A stretch of DNA of 64,000 nucleotides, taken from an uncultured Methanosarcinales archaeon (GTDB lineage: Archaea; Nanobdellota; Nanobdellia; Woesearchaeales; JABIAG01). The position numbers and the translations under genes are program-made. The stretch covers positions 78,109 through 142,108 of the forward strand of contig CAZJAJ010000002.1 of assembly GCA_964544335.1 (NCBI GenBank), in the 5' to 3' direction. The notes under the pieces are model-generated. The model saw only the letters and a list, made by a program, of their open reading frames with translations, did not search any database and was not told the DNA's origin. Every line of letters begins with the position of its first letter. Position 1 is the first letter of the stretch. Shown piece by piece: positions 1 through 9,683 of the stretch.

Positions 1-1
1 A

Positions 2-235
2 CCACGAGATGAAAAACTCTTCACCACCGTTCCTTTAGAAAAACTTGGCGACCTTCCTGAAAAAGTAAACATCCAAAAAGGTGTTTCCTTTCAACTCTGC
101 GATCACATGAACAACCAATGCATCGTCACCGTAACTGATGTACAAGATGATGCAATAACACTAGATCTCAATCACCCACTTGCAGGAAAAGACTTAACCT
201 TTGATCTAGAAATTCTCAAAGTGAATAAACAATAG
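2..235 (+). CDS. FKBP-type peptidyl-prolyl cis-trans isomerase, C-terminal part (5' end outside the window)
   Basis: Frame 2 runs open from the window start to the TAG at 233-235. The translation ends ...LNHPLAGKDLTFDLEILKV, the FKBP/SlyD-type C-terminal signature. Confidence 0.6.
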   Translation, partial: PRDEKLFTTVPLEKLGDLPEKVNIQKGVSFQLCDHMNNQCIVTVTDVQDDAITLDLNHPLAGKDLTFDLEILKVNKQ

Positions 236-238
236 AAT

Positions 239-1315
239 CTACATACTCAGCGGAGTAATCCCACTCAATTTCTTTAACTTAACATAATACTGCTTTGCCT
301 TAATTCGAATACTCTCACGCAATTCTTCATCAAAATCAAGCGCATCAACAAGCACGTCAACATCAATTTCTGGAACATCCAAAAAACTACCCTCCAATGC
401 TCGACCAGCACGTTTGCACCCATCAACAAGTTCCTGAGCATACGAAGTGCCTACATCATTAAACACCATAAACCGACTAAAACAATTAGCACCCGCATTA
501 AGATATAATTCAACATCACTCATTCGCTCACGAACCAGTGCAACCTTGATCACAACATTAGGACACGCAATACGAACAGTAGAAATCCACCACGCCATAT
601 ATTGCGGATCAGGTGCAGGAACTGAAGAAAACACCGTATTCTCTTGCGGCTTAAGAAAGCACAACTGAAGAACATCAATTTCATACTCTTTGATCTTTTC
701 AATCACTTCTTGCACATCGCTCTTCTTCTCACCCATGCCAAGAATAATAGTAATAATTTTACGCATCTTTTTTTCTTTAAGCACAGCAAGCATGCGCATT
801 AATGCAGCAAGTGGTTTAGACGGACAAATAAATGCATGCAGTTCCTCATCAAAACTCTCAATGGCACTTCCCATACCCGCAATGTGTGGTACTAAAGAAG
901 TAATTTCTCGTTCAGTATATGGACCAAAATTCATCATAGGTTTTCGCCCAATAACATGAGCAACATCATCCATCAATGAAATAAGTTCAGATGTTTTTTC
1001 AACACGAAGACCACCAGTAAGATATCCAACCTTCCATCCCATGTGCTCACAAATAAGACACTCTGCAAGAATAGATGCCTTTGATCGTGTTGCATCTTTC
1101 TTTAATTTAGGAACCGTACTCAAATAACAATACTTACAATCAGCAATACCACACGTCCAATTGATAAACACAGAACGTTCAAACCACACCTTGCCATCAA
1201 AATGCTCACGGTACACCTTCCCTGCTTTCTCAACAAGCAGAGCTAGTTCCTTCTCATCAACCACATGGGTTGCATTATTTGCCTCAATTGTTGCAAGCAT
1301 ATCACTCATACACAA
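239..1315 (-). CDS. radical SAM enzyme (BioB/ThiH/HydE-like)
   Basis: 358-aa ORF with the CGIADCKYC CxxxCxxC radical-SAM cluster motif near the N-terminus. TIM-barrel-sized protein. Confidence 0.6.
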   Translation of the reverse strand: MCMSDMLATIEANNATHVVDEKELALLVEKAGKVYREHFDGKVWFERSVFINWTCGIADCKYCYLSTVPKLKKDATRSKASILAECLICEHMGWKVGYLTGGLRVEKTSELISLMDDVAHVIGRKPMMNFGPYTEREITSLVPHIAGMGSAIESFDEELHAFICPSKPLAALMRMLAVLKEKKMRKIITIILGMGEKKSDVQEVIEKIKEYEIDVLQLCFLKPQENTVFSSVPAPDPQYMAWWISTVRIACPNVVIKVALVRERMSDVELYLNAGANCFSRFMVFNDVGTSYAQELVDGCKRAGRALEGSFLDVPEIDVDVLVDALDFDEELRESIRIKAKQYYVKLKKLSGITPLSM

Positions 1316-1347
1316 AAGAACACTACAAACTCATTTAAAGCTTTGGA

Positions 1348-2124
1348 CTACAGTGTAAATTCACCCTTATCTTCCACGACAACACCATCTTTAATCATGC
1401 CCTTGAGCACATCATCAAGACGTACATCTTCAATACGTTGCATAAGTCCATCATAGCTCATCTTCTTTTCAGCAAGCAGCAAACGAAGCACCTTCCCCCG
1501 TATCTGCCGAGAACTTCCCTCAAATGTACTCTGCCGTGAAGTAGATTTAATCCCCGTCTTTCGAGCAGTCTTTACCATAGCACCATAATCCATCAGTGCA
1601 TTATACCACTCTCGTGCCTTTCCCTTTGGAACACACGAAAGTGCAATCTCTTCTAGTTCTTTTGCAGAAATATCTTCAGAAAGTCCAAGTTCATGAATCA
1701 GTACTCGTCGTATATTCGTATCAACACACGGAACCTCAAGATTAAATGCAAACGCAAGCACAGCACCTGCTGTATATGGACCAATCCCGGGCAATTTCAA
1801 AAGCTCATCCCGATCAGTTGGAAACGAATCAAGTTCAACCACTCGCTGAGCAAGCTTTTGTAAACGAATAGGCCTACTATTATATCCAAGACCACTCCAA
1901 TATGCAAGTAACTCTGATTTTTCAGCAACAGCAAGATCACCAAAAGTTGGCCACCGTGCAATCCACTTTTCATAATAAGGAATAACCCGATCAACTTGTG
2001 TTTGCTGAAGCATTACTTCAGACACAAGAATACAATACGGGTCAGTCGTTCTTCTCCAGGGAAGATCTCTCTTTTCTCCCGAGTAAAATGATAAAATCTT
2101 CTGTTGAAATGCTGCAACATCCAT
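1348..2124 (-). CDS. HhH-GPD DNA glycosylase (MutY / endonuclease III family)
   Basis: LPWRRTTDPYCILVSEVMLQQTQV ... LPGIGPYTAGAVLAFAF ... VDTNIRRVL is the classic HhH-GPD signature. The tracked ORF (to 2295) has a non-homologous hydrophobic N-extension, so the likely start is the internal ATG at 2124 (MDVAAFQQ...). No C-terminal 4-Cys cluster is seen. Confidence 0.65.
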   Translation of the reverse strand: MDVAAFQQKILSFYSGEKRDLPWRRTTDPYCILVSEVMLQQTQVDRVIPYYEKWIARWPTFGDLAVAEKSELLAYWSGLGYNSRPIRLQKLAQRVVELDSFPTDRDELLKLPGIGPYTAGAVLAFAFNLEVPCVDTNIRRVLIHELGLSEDISAKELEEIALSCVPKGKAREWYNALMDYGAMVKTARKTGIKSTSRQSTFEGSSRQIRGKVLRLLLAEKKMSYDGLMQRIEDVRLDDVLKGMIKDGVVVEDKGEFTL

Positions 2125-2175
2125 ATCATGCCTACAGCCAGATACCTTTATAAAATTATACACAAAGCAAAGAAC

Positions 2176-2787
2176 ATGATTGAGCAATGGATCAAAAAAG
2201 AACACCTGGAAAACAAAGAAGCACTCAAAAGCACATTCCAGAATGCAACACCCTATCCACACATCCAAATTGCAGACTTTCTTATCGAAGAACAATTAGA
2301 ACGTGTATTTGAAGCACTCTTGCAAGAACAATTTATCCAAAAACGATCAGACCTCTTTCAATTCAAACAAACAAATGATCTTGTTTCAACTCAAAACGAA
2401 ACACTAAAAGAATTCTATGAATTCCTCTCATCAAATGAATTTAGCACATTCATGCAAGACATTACTGGACTTGCACTAAAAGAAGGCGCAAACAACGTAG
2501 CAGGAACACTCTATGAAGACACAGACTATCTTTTAATCCATGATGATCAATTAGACCAAAGAAAAATTGCATACTTACTCTACCTCACAGACCTTGACGA
2601 AGAAACCGGCGGATCACTAGAACTCTACGATCAAGAAAACAACACGCCAACAAAAATCGCAAAAAAACTCTATCCACAAACAAACATGTTTACCTTCTTT
2701 GAAGTATCAGAAATATCCTATCACGCAGTAGAAGAAGTCGTTGATGCACAACGTCTTGCAATAGGGGGGTGGCTTCATGGTCAATGA
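2176..2787 (+). CDS. 2OG-Fe(II) oxygenase, Tpa1/OGFOD1-like prolyl hydroxylase N-terminal catalytic domain
   Basis: HxD motif (LLIHDDQLD), RKIAYLLYLTDLDEETGGSLELY and a distal His (SYHAVEE) match the Tpa1/Ofd1/OGFOD1 double-stranded beta-helix. Start chosen at the internal Met (MIEQWIKKEH), which avoids overlap with the divergent glycosylase gene. Confidence 0.55.
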   Translation: MIEQWIKKEHLENKEALKSTFQNATPYPHIQIADFLIEEQLERVFEALLQEQFIQKRSDLFQFKQTNDLVSTQNETLKEFYEFLSSNEFSTFMQDITGLALKEGANNVAGTLYEDTDYLLIHDDQLDQRKIAYLLYLTDLDEETGGSLELYDQENNTPTKIAKKLYPQTNMFTFFEVSEISYHAVEEVVDAQRLAIGGWLHGQ

Positions 2788-3313
2788 ACACTTTAACACC
2801 CCGCAAGTGCTTGAACAAATAAAACGAACACTAGAAAATGAAGGAACCGTGCAACTACAAGATTTCTTAGCACCAGATCTCTACAATCAGCTCATCCAAA
2901 CAATCAAAGAAACAGCACTCGCAGAAGAACAACAGCTACTCACGCACACCTACAAAAAAGGACCCGTTCCCTACATGCCAGAAGTAGAACAATTTCTTCA
3001 ATTCATTGATCTCAAACAAGAATCAGCATCACTTAAAGTATTCACCTGGAAAGACTACATGCTTTTGCATGACAACAACCAAACGCTACCTGAATATGAA
3101 ATCATACTTGACTGTACTGATGCTTGGGATGAAAACGCAGGTGGAGAAATAACCTACACCGATGGTGAAGGTAACAGTGGAACACTTCCTGCAAAAGCAA
3201 ATACCCTCACTATCACCAAAACACAAGGGCTACAGCGGTTTGTACACTACTGTAATCACTACGCAAAAGACAAACAACGAGTACTCATTTTCATATCAGC
3301 TTCTAGCAATTAA
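2777..3313 (+). CDS. Tpa1/OGFOD1-like C-terminal (degenerate DSBH) domain, probably the continuation of the preceding gene
   Basis: 178-aa ORF in a different frame, overlapping the upstream ORF by 11 nt just after a G6 homopolymer (2764-2769). The architecture (catalytic domain then second domain) matches eukaryotic Tpa1/OGFOD1. Confidence 0.45.
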   Translation: MVNEHFNTPQVLEQIKRTLENEGTVQLQDFLAPDLYNQLIQTIKETALAEEQQLLTHTYKKGPVPYMPEVEQFLQFIDLKQESASLKVFTWKDYMLLHDNNQTLPEYEIILDCTDAWDENAGGEITYTDGEGNSGTLPAKANTLTITKTQGLQRFVHYCNHYAKDKQRVLIFISASSN

Positions 3314-3376
3314 TAGTATATGACCTTTTGATAGCAGTAATCTTTTTATAGATCCAATCGACCTATAAATCCCGTT

Positions 3377-5086
3377 ATGACAAAATTCATAGTTGTAGTC
3401 GGCGGAGTTATTAGCGGTGTTGGAAAAGGCGTATCCACAGCATCACTAGGACGAATTCTTCAAGAGTACGGATATTCAGTAACTGCAGTAAAAATAGATC
3501 CGTATTTGAACTTTGACGCAGGAACCATGAGGCCAACAGAGCACGGTGAAGTGTGGGTAACCTCTGATGGTGGAGAAATTGATCAAGACCTTGGTAACTA
3601 CGAACGATTCCTAGGAAAACTTATTCCACGAACACACAACATCACAACAGGTCAAGTATACAATCGAGTAATAGAAAAAGAACGAAAAGGAGAATACCTT
3701 GGAAAAACCGTTCAAATCTTTCCACACATCACTAATGAAGTAAAAGAGAGGATCAAAAAAGCAGCAGAAGGACACGACATCTGTCTTATTGAAGTGGGTG
3801 GAACCATAGGTGACTATGAAAACGTACCATTTCTCTTTGCAGCAAAAGGACTAGAGCGAGAATTTGGAAAAGACAGCGTACTCTATATCATGGTAACCTA
3901 CCTGCTCGTACCACGTCACATGGCTGAAATGAAAACAAAGCCAACACAACAAGCAATTAGAATGCTTGGAGAAAGTGCAGGAATATTCCCTGACTTCATT
4001 TTCTGTAGAGGACCTGCACCACTTGATGACATTAGAAGAGAAAAAATAGAAGTATACGCAAACATTCCATCAGAAAATATCATCTCAGAACCCGACATTG
4101 ATACCATCTATAGAATTCCACTTGATCTTGAAAAAGAAGAAATCGGATTAAAAGTACTCAAATTACTCAAACTTGAACCAAAGAAAGAACCAAAATGGGA
4201 CAATTGGGAAAAACTGGTGAATGCAATCGTTGCACCAAAACAAAAAATCAAAATTGCCATGATTGGAAAATACATCTCAACGGGTGATTTCACACTAGAA
4301 GATTCCTATGTCTCAGTAAATCAAGCACTCATACATGCAGGAGCAAATCTTGACACATCAGTACAAATTGACTGGATTGATGCAGCATCACTCGAAGAAA
4401 ATCCAGCAGCACTCATGCAACTAAAAGACTACCAAGGCGTACTTGTACCTGGTGGTTTTGGAAATTCTGGTGTTGAAGGAAAAATAAAAGCAATCAAATA
4501 CGCAAGAGAAAATGACATCCCATTCCTTGGTCTCTGCTATGGACTACAATTATCACTCATTGAATATGCAAGAAACGTATGTGGTCTCAAAGATGCACAC
4601 ACCACAGAAGTTGATGAACACGCAGAACACAAAGTCATTGACATCTTGCCAAGCCAGCGAGCACTCATGGAAAAAGGAGACTATGGAAACACTATGAGAC
4701 TTGGTGCATACGCAGCAGGACTAGATCCACTCTCAAAAACATACGCACTCTACAAAGAATGCAACCGTCTACAATCTGATCAAAAAGAATTCCTTACACT
4801 AACAGAATCACGAGTAGGAACAACGCCAGTAGAACACGCAGTAGTTGAGCGGCACAGACATCGATTTGAAGTAAGCCCAGTGTACGTAGATAAAATACAG
4901 GCAGCAGGAATGCACTTTCCTGGATTTCACAACAGAGACGATGGAACAAATCTCGTAGAATTCATTGAAATTCCAAATCACCCATTCTTTATGGCAACAC
5001 AAGCACACCCTGAATTCAAATCACGATTAGATGATCCAGCACCACTATTCTATGGATTTGTACGTGCATGTATCAAGAAACTCTAA
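3377..5086 (+). CDS. pyrG: CTP synthase
   Basis: 569 aa. N-terminal synthetase domain (VVGGVISGVGKGVSTASLG) and C-terminal class-I glutamine amidotransferase domain (GLCYGLQ, HPEF). Confidence 0.95.
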   Translation: MTKFIVVVGGVISGVGKGVSTASLGRILQEYGYSVTAVKIDPYLNFDAGTMRPTEHGEVWVTSDGGEIDQDLGNYERFLGKLIPRTHNITTGQVYNRVIEKERKGEYLGKTVQIFPHITNEVKERIKKAAEGHDICLIEVGGTIGDYENVPFLFAAKGLEREFGKDSVLYIMVTYLLVPRHMAEMKTKPTQQAIRMLGESAGIFPDFIFCRGPAPLDDIRREKIEVYANIPSENIISEPDIDTIYRIPLDLEKEEIGLKVLKLLKLEPKKEPKWDNWEKLVNAIVAPKQKIKIAMIGKYISTGDFTLEDSYVSVNQALIHAGANLDTSVQIDWIDAASLEENPAALMQLKDYQGVLVPGGFGNSGVEGKIKAIKYARENDIPFLGLCYGLQLSLIEYARNVCGLKDAHTTEVDEHAEHKVIDILPSQRALMEKGDYGNTMRLGAYAAGLDPLSKTYALYKECNRLQSDQKEFLTLTESRVGTTPVEHAVVERHRHRFEVSPVYVDKIQAAGMHFPGFHNRDDGTNLVEFIEIPNHPFFMATQAHPEFKSRLDDPAPLFYGFVRACIKKL

Positions 5087-5140
5087 CCCTTACGCTAGAG
5101 TACATAAACGTATATAAACCATTTTTTTTCTAGTATAAGA

Positions 5141-6295
5141 ATGAATTATTGTCTGGCATCTCAAGATATTAGAGAACGAATTAAACGTGGAGTGATCGCC
5201 GTAAAAGATGGAAAAAAAGGAAAAATCTCCAAGGAAATAGAAAAAAGAATACAGCCAGCATCTTTTGAACCATCAACAGGGAACTATCTTTGGGAAATTG
5301 ACATGTCCTATGGTACCTTTGGAGCACCAAGTGCAAACAAAACCGTAGAACAAATCATTCAAGCAACACCAAAAAACCGAAGAGTAAAACACAACATCAA
5401 AAACGGATTTGAACTCAAAAGAGGACACACCTATCTCATTCCACTTAACGAAACCATTAAACTCAGAAAAGGAGAAGTCGTAGGATCATCTCCTAAAAGT
5501 AGCACGGGAAGACTCTTTCCAAAGCTTCGATTAATGGCAGATTACAATCCTTGCTTTGATGAAATCCATGCAGTCTACAAAGCAGACACACACATTAACA
5601 TGTGGCTTCTTATTGAACCACAAGCATTTGATCTCATCATCCATCCAAATCTCGTACTCAATCAACTACGATTCTATGTAGGTGATGCCATCATGGCAGA
5701 CGCAGAAGTAAAAGCATTTCATGCAAAATCACCACTCATTCTTGCACGAACGTTTTACGGAGATCTAAAACCCGTAAAAGAACCAATCATTCACGAAGGA
5801 ATTCAACTCCATCTTGATCTCTTGGGTGAACATTCAAACGGCATCGTTGGACTAAGAGCACGAAATGTTGCAACACCAATTGACATGAGCAAGATCGACC
5901 ACTATGACATTGAATCATTTTTTGACATCCTTACACGAACTGAACAACTCGTAGTAAGAAGAGGAGAGTTCTATTTATTTTTCTCAAAAGAAGTACTCTC
6001 AACACCACCACTACTCAACTTTGAACTCAAAGATCACTCTCGTATTGGTCTGCAGGGACCACTGCACTTTGCAGGATTCATTGATAATGGATTCGTAGGT
6101 GATCTTGTGTTTGAAATACGATCAGATGAACTACACGACTTCGTACTCAAAGATGGCATGCCACTCTCAAGACTCACGGTCTACAAAACAAGAACAACAC
6201 CAGACAAACTTTATGGTGGAAAAATCGGTTCTAACTATCAAGGTCAAATAGGTGCAAAAGCAGCAAAATTCTTCAAAAAAATTCAATCTCTGTGA
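5141..6295 (+). CDS. 2'-deoxycytidine 5'-triphosphate deaminase, long DCD-family form (tandem dUTPase-like folds)
   Basis: 384 aa. N-terminal half carries SSPKSSTGRLFPKLRL (like the RSSLGRLGL motif). C-terminal half carries GFIDNGFVGDLVFEIRS (like GWIDPGFRGxITLEL). Both are typical of dCTP deaminase/dUTPase beta-clip folds. Confidence 0.5.
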   Translation: MNYCLASQDIRERIKRGVIAVKDGKKGKISKEIEKRIQPASFEPSTGNYLWEIDMSYGTFGAPSANKTVEQIIQATPKNRRVKHNIKNGFELKRGHTYLIPLNETIKLRKGEVVGSSPKSSTGRLFPKLRLMADYNPCFDEIHAVYKADTHINMWLLIEPQAFDLIIHPNLVLNQLRFYVGDAIMADAEVKAFHAKSPLILARTFYGDLKPVKEPIIHEGIQLHLDLLGEHSNGIVGLRARNVATPIDMSKIDHYDIESFFDILTRTEQLVVRRGEFYLFFSKEVLSTPPLLNFELKDHSRIGLQGPLHFAGFIDNGFVGDLVFEIRSDELHDFVLKDGMPLSRLTVYKTRTTPDKLYGGKIGSNYQGQIGAKAAKFFKKIQSL

Positions 6296-6705
6296 TACGT
6301 TCTATTATTCACAATCATTTCATGTCTATAGATCTGTTCGAGTAAAAATAATCGTGCCATTTCATGTGTGAACGTCATATCAGACAAACTCACAACCAAA
6401 TCTGCCTTCTGTACAACATCCTCACAAAGACCATCACTTGATCCAATCACAAACACAATATCTTTATTCACACCACTAATCTTCTTAGAAAACTGCCTTG
6501 ATGTAAATCGCTTGCCCTTCTCATCAAGTGCAACAAGAAAAGCTCCATCTGCTTTCTCAAGTAACTTCTTCCCTTCTTCCTTAACACTGCTGTCCTTAAT
6601 CTCAACAACATCACACTTGTCAAAATGATTGATCTGTGTCAAAAAATGTTCACAGCCTGTCTTAATCCACTTCTCTTTTACTTTCCCAATTGCAACAATT
6701 CTCAT
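6283..6705 (-). CDS. rlmH: 23S rRNA (pseudouridine-N3)-methyltransferase RlmH (SPOUT family)
   Basis: C-terminal LSDMTFTHEMARLFLLEQIYRHEMIVNNRTYHRD matches the RlmH/YbeA tail. Start set at MRIVAIGK (ATG at 6705). Confidence 0.7.
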   Translation of the reverse strand: MRIVAIGKVKEKWIKTGCEHFLTQINHFDKCDVVEIKDSSVKEEGKKLLEKADGAFLVALDEKGKRFTSRQFSKKISGVNKDIVFVIGSSDGLCEDVVQKADLVVSLSDMTFTHEMARLFLLEQIYRHEMIVNNRTYHRD

Positions 6706-6713
6706 TTTGCTCA

Positions 6714-7580
6714 TCAAAAATGCATAGTGATCACAGGTCCTTTCATGGATGTAACTAATAGCACAATATCAAGGCCATGGTGTCCCACAAGTGAACCCGT
6801 TTTCACTAACTCCTTTCCTTTTTTAAGCAACGTCTCTTTATCTCTTCGCATCTTTGTAACACGATCTTCAGAGAACGTATAATACAAATCATACACTGCT
6901 TGCACATATGCATTCACCTCTTTCATAAACGCAACTTCCTTAGCATTAAGCGCCTGCACATCACCCACAAGATATTTGTATACATCTCCAATCATTTCAA
7001 TATCTCGAACAAGACTATACAAAAATGGAAGCTTATGGCTAGGGTGGTACCCATTTTTATTAAGCACACGCTTGCAAAAATTAGTGAACTTATTTACCGT
7101 ATCTTCAAGCATCTTAAGTTCTTCAATATCAGAATGACTAATGATCTTTTGCTCTACAAGACTCCCCATTTCCTTTAGCAAAATGAATGAACGTCTAAAC
7201 ATCGTATCAAACTCATGTTCAATACCCTTTGCCACATTCTTAATCACAACACGTTGCTTTGTTTGCTCAACAACTTCAAATCCAAGTAAATCTTCCTCTC
7301 GAATAACTTTTGGAACACCATCGTCTGCATACGTAATAGTCACCTCATCAAAACCACGAATGTACAAATCAGCAACATGTCGTTTCGTAAAGGTTTGTCC
7401 CTTCTTGATATCAAGACTCACCTGTGAAGCAACTCGCTTGCCCGTATGAATAACAATACGATCCTCTTTCTCATCAAGCATAACACGATCACCTTTGTGG
7501 ATATCTTGTTTCTCAAGCCATCGCTTTGGTAAACTCACCACAAGTGTACTCTTTGCAAGTTGGATAATATTTCGTTCCAT
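6714..7580 (-). CDS. AbrB/SpoVT-type DNA-binding domain fused to a PhoU-like domain (archaeal phosphate-uptake regulator family)
   Basis: N-terminal swapped-hairpin AbrB-like segment (LVVSLPKRWLEKQDIHKGDRVML) followed by a ~200-aa helical PhoU-like region. This architecture is common in archaea. Confidence 0.55.
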   Translation of the reverse strand: MERNIIQLAKSTLVVSLPKRWLEKQDIHKGDRVMLDEKEDRIVIHTGKRVASQVSLDIKKGQTFTKRHVADLYIRGFDEVTITYADDGVPKVIREEDLLGFEVVEQTKQRVVIKNVAKGIEHEFDTMFRRSFILLKEMGSLVEQKIISHSDIEELKMLEDTVNKFTNFCKRVLNKNGYHPSHKLPFLYSLVRDIEMIGDVYKYLVGDVQALNAKEVAFMKEVNAYVQAVYDLYYTFSEDRVTKMRRDKETLLKKGKELVKTGSLVGHHGLDIVLLVTSMKGPVITMHF

Positions 7581-7673
7581 AATTCACAGAAATCATTGAA
7601 ATATATAAATCTAATGAAATATAAGGTAATTATAAGGATATAAGCAAAAATCTAAATCTACACAAAAAAATAA

Positions 7674-8159
7674 GTGTGTATGAACCACAACAAAGAACTC
7701 ATACTCGTGTCTAACCTGCGTAAAAACTGCAGAGAAACACTAACAAAAATGAGCAAGAGCACAGGAATTCCAGTATCAACATTGTTTGACATGCTGCGTA
7801 AAACAGACAAAATACGAAAACACACCTGCATCCCGTATTTTTCAAGACTAGGATATGGCGTAAAAGCTTTCATCAGCATATCAGTTGATGTAGCAGATAG
7901 AGCAAAACTCAAAGAACATCTTCTCACACACCCCAACCTCAATTCATTATTCAAAATAAACAACGGATATGATTACATGGCAGAAATAATCTGTAAAAGT
8001 CTACATGAACTAGAAATGATTAGTGATGCACTTGATCTTGAATTTACCGTGCAGAAAAAAGCAATTAATTACATCATAGAAGACATAGCCCGAGAAGAAT
8101 TTTTCTCAAATGCTTCCATGTGTCACAAAACACTCATGCATGAACAAAGTGGTGCTTAA
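7674..8159 (+). CDS. lrp: Lrp/AsnC family transcriptional regulator
   Basis: N-terminal HTH (LTKMSKSTGIPVSTLFDMLRK) plus C-terminal RAM/ACT-like domain. 161 aa. Confidence 0.7.
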   Translation: MCMNHNKELILVSNLRKNCRETLTKMSKSTGIPVSTLFDMLRKTDKIRKHTCIPYFSRLGYGVKAFISISVDVADRAKLKEHLLTHPNLNSLFKINNGYDYMAEIICKSLHELEMISDALDLEFTVQKKAINYIIEDIAREEFFSNASMCHKTLMHEQSGA

Positions 8160-8778
8160 TCTCTTTTCTAAAGAGTACAATAGTAAGCAGACCACTAATG
8201 ACAAGACCATACACAAGCACTGCAAGTACATTGCCTGAAAGCGCTTTAGTTCCAAGTGAAATAGCAATCAACATGTACGGAAATTGTGCAATAAGAGAGA
8301 TCAATAAGAAATTAGGTAGCTTAATCTTTGTCATTGCACTTGCAACAATAAACAGAGGGTTAGGAGTAAGTGGCAACACATGCACAATCCAAAGACCCTC
8401 AACAAAATCCTTTTTGATAATCTTTTGAAACCGTTTCAAATCATTCATATGTCGTTCAAGAAGCATAAACTTTCCATGTCCAAAATGTCGAACAGACAAA
8501 AAACCAATACTCATTCCAACAATGGATGAAACCACACCAATAGCAATAGCAGGATACATGCCATACACTGATCCTACAACGATCATAAGCAGGGTAAAAA
8601 TATTGCCTTCCACTACAACTGCAATGGCAAGAATAAGAATTACAAGAATTGTCCAAGCAGGGTTGATATACTGACTCACATACCCAACAATACCGCCGCC
8701 AAAGAGCTTTTCTTGTATTACAAATAAGATATTGAACAAGAAAACAGTACTTAGCACAAGCAACAGGAACTTTTTCAT
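8134..8778 (-). CDS. DedA/SNARE-associated (TVP38/TMEM64) family membrane protein
   Basis: 214 aa with 5-6 predicted TM helices. Glycine-rich re-entrant segments typical of DedA. Confidence 0.5.
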   Translation of the reverse strand: MKKFLLLVLSTVFLFNILFVIQEKLFGGGIVGYVSQYINPAWTILVILILAIAVVVEGNIFTLLMIVVGSVYGMYPAIAIGVVSSIVGMSIGFLSVRHFGHGKFMLLERHMNDLKRFQKIIKKDFVEGLWIVHVLPLTPNPLFIVASAMTKIKLPNFLLISLIAQFPYMLIAISLGTKALSGNVLAVLVYGLVISGLLTIVLFRKEIKHHFVHA

Positions 8779-8814
8779 CCCTCTACATAGATAAAACTGG
8801 TACTTAAACCTTTC

Positions 8815-9588
8815 CTAAAGGACCTTTCGCTTAATTTCAATAGAAACGGCATCACACAGCACCCGTATCTTAAACGGACACAATCGATACTCAAGTTCAT
8901 GCGCGGCGCAATACGCAAGAATCTTCTCTTTTTCCTCTTCAGAAGAAAATCGAACAATCACATTAACCCCATCAACATCCGGTCTAAGAATATCAAAATC
9001 AGCAAGATCTTCAAGTACTTGTGCTCGAATCTCTTTCAAAAACGCAACACGATCAGGAAGCTCTTTCAAACACAACTTCAAATCACGTTTTTTCTCTTTA
9101 TCAAAATCACTCTCAAATGGAATTTGCATATTGGACGCTAACATACCACCATAGCCAAAATTCACCATCTTTGCATTGCCAAAGCTACACACCACAATGT
9201 CCGCATCAGGAATATACTGTCCAATACTTCCACACGTATCTGCAATCACAAGAACGCCCTTATCCTTGAGCATCTCATAATCATACTCTTGAATAAATGC
9301 ATACGCTGCCATATCATGAAATAACAGTACACTCTTTTCTCGTACTTGAGAAAAATCAATCATGCCAAGATCAGTTGCAAGCTCATGCAATTGAAACTTC
9401 TCCTTCTTTCCATATTGTGCATATGTAATCCATCCGCCCTGATCAGGAATACACAAATCAGAATACCCCATCTGCCGTGCCCACTTCAGTGCAAGATGAA
9501 TAGCCTTATTACACCTGGAAGTAAGTAGAACATTCTTCTTTCCAGTAAGATCTTGGAGCATTTCCATAATACAGAACGAAGCAAGCAA
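8815..9588 (-). CDS. PLP-dependent enzyme, DegT/aminotransferase-like fold (short form)
   Basis: CSFGNAKMVNFGYGGML resembles the SFxxxK...GEGG lysine motif of DegT/ArnB-type aminotransferases, preceded by an Asp (VIAD). It is shorter (257 aa) than canonical members. Confidence 0.35.
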   Translation of the reverse strand: MLASFCIMEMLQDLTGKKNVLLTSRCNKAIHLALKWARQMGYSDLCIPDQGGWITYAQYGKKEKFQLHELATDLGMIDFSQVREKSVLLFHDMAAYAFIQEYDYEMLKDKGVLVIADTCGSIGQYIPDADIVVCSFGNAKMVNFGYGGMLASNMQIPFESDFDKEKKRDLKLCLKELPDRVAFLKEIRAQVLEDLADFDILRPDVDGVNVIVRFSSEEEKEKILAYCAAHELEYRLCPFKIRVLCDAVSIEIKRKVL

Positions 9589-9683
9589 TCTTTAAATCAC
9601 TATCGTTTCACTCCCAAAAAGTAGTCGAACATATCACTTTATTACCGACAAAGCTTAAATAGGGTAAAAATGAAAATTCTTTC

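Noticed and set aside
1348-2295. Full 315-aa tracked ORF for the DNA glycosylase
   Set aside because: The first 57 codons are hydrophobic and Cys-rich nonsense without homology. They overlap the divergent oxygenase gene. Internal start at 2124 preferred.
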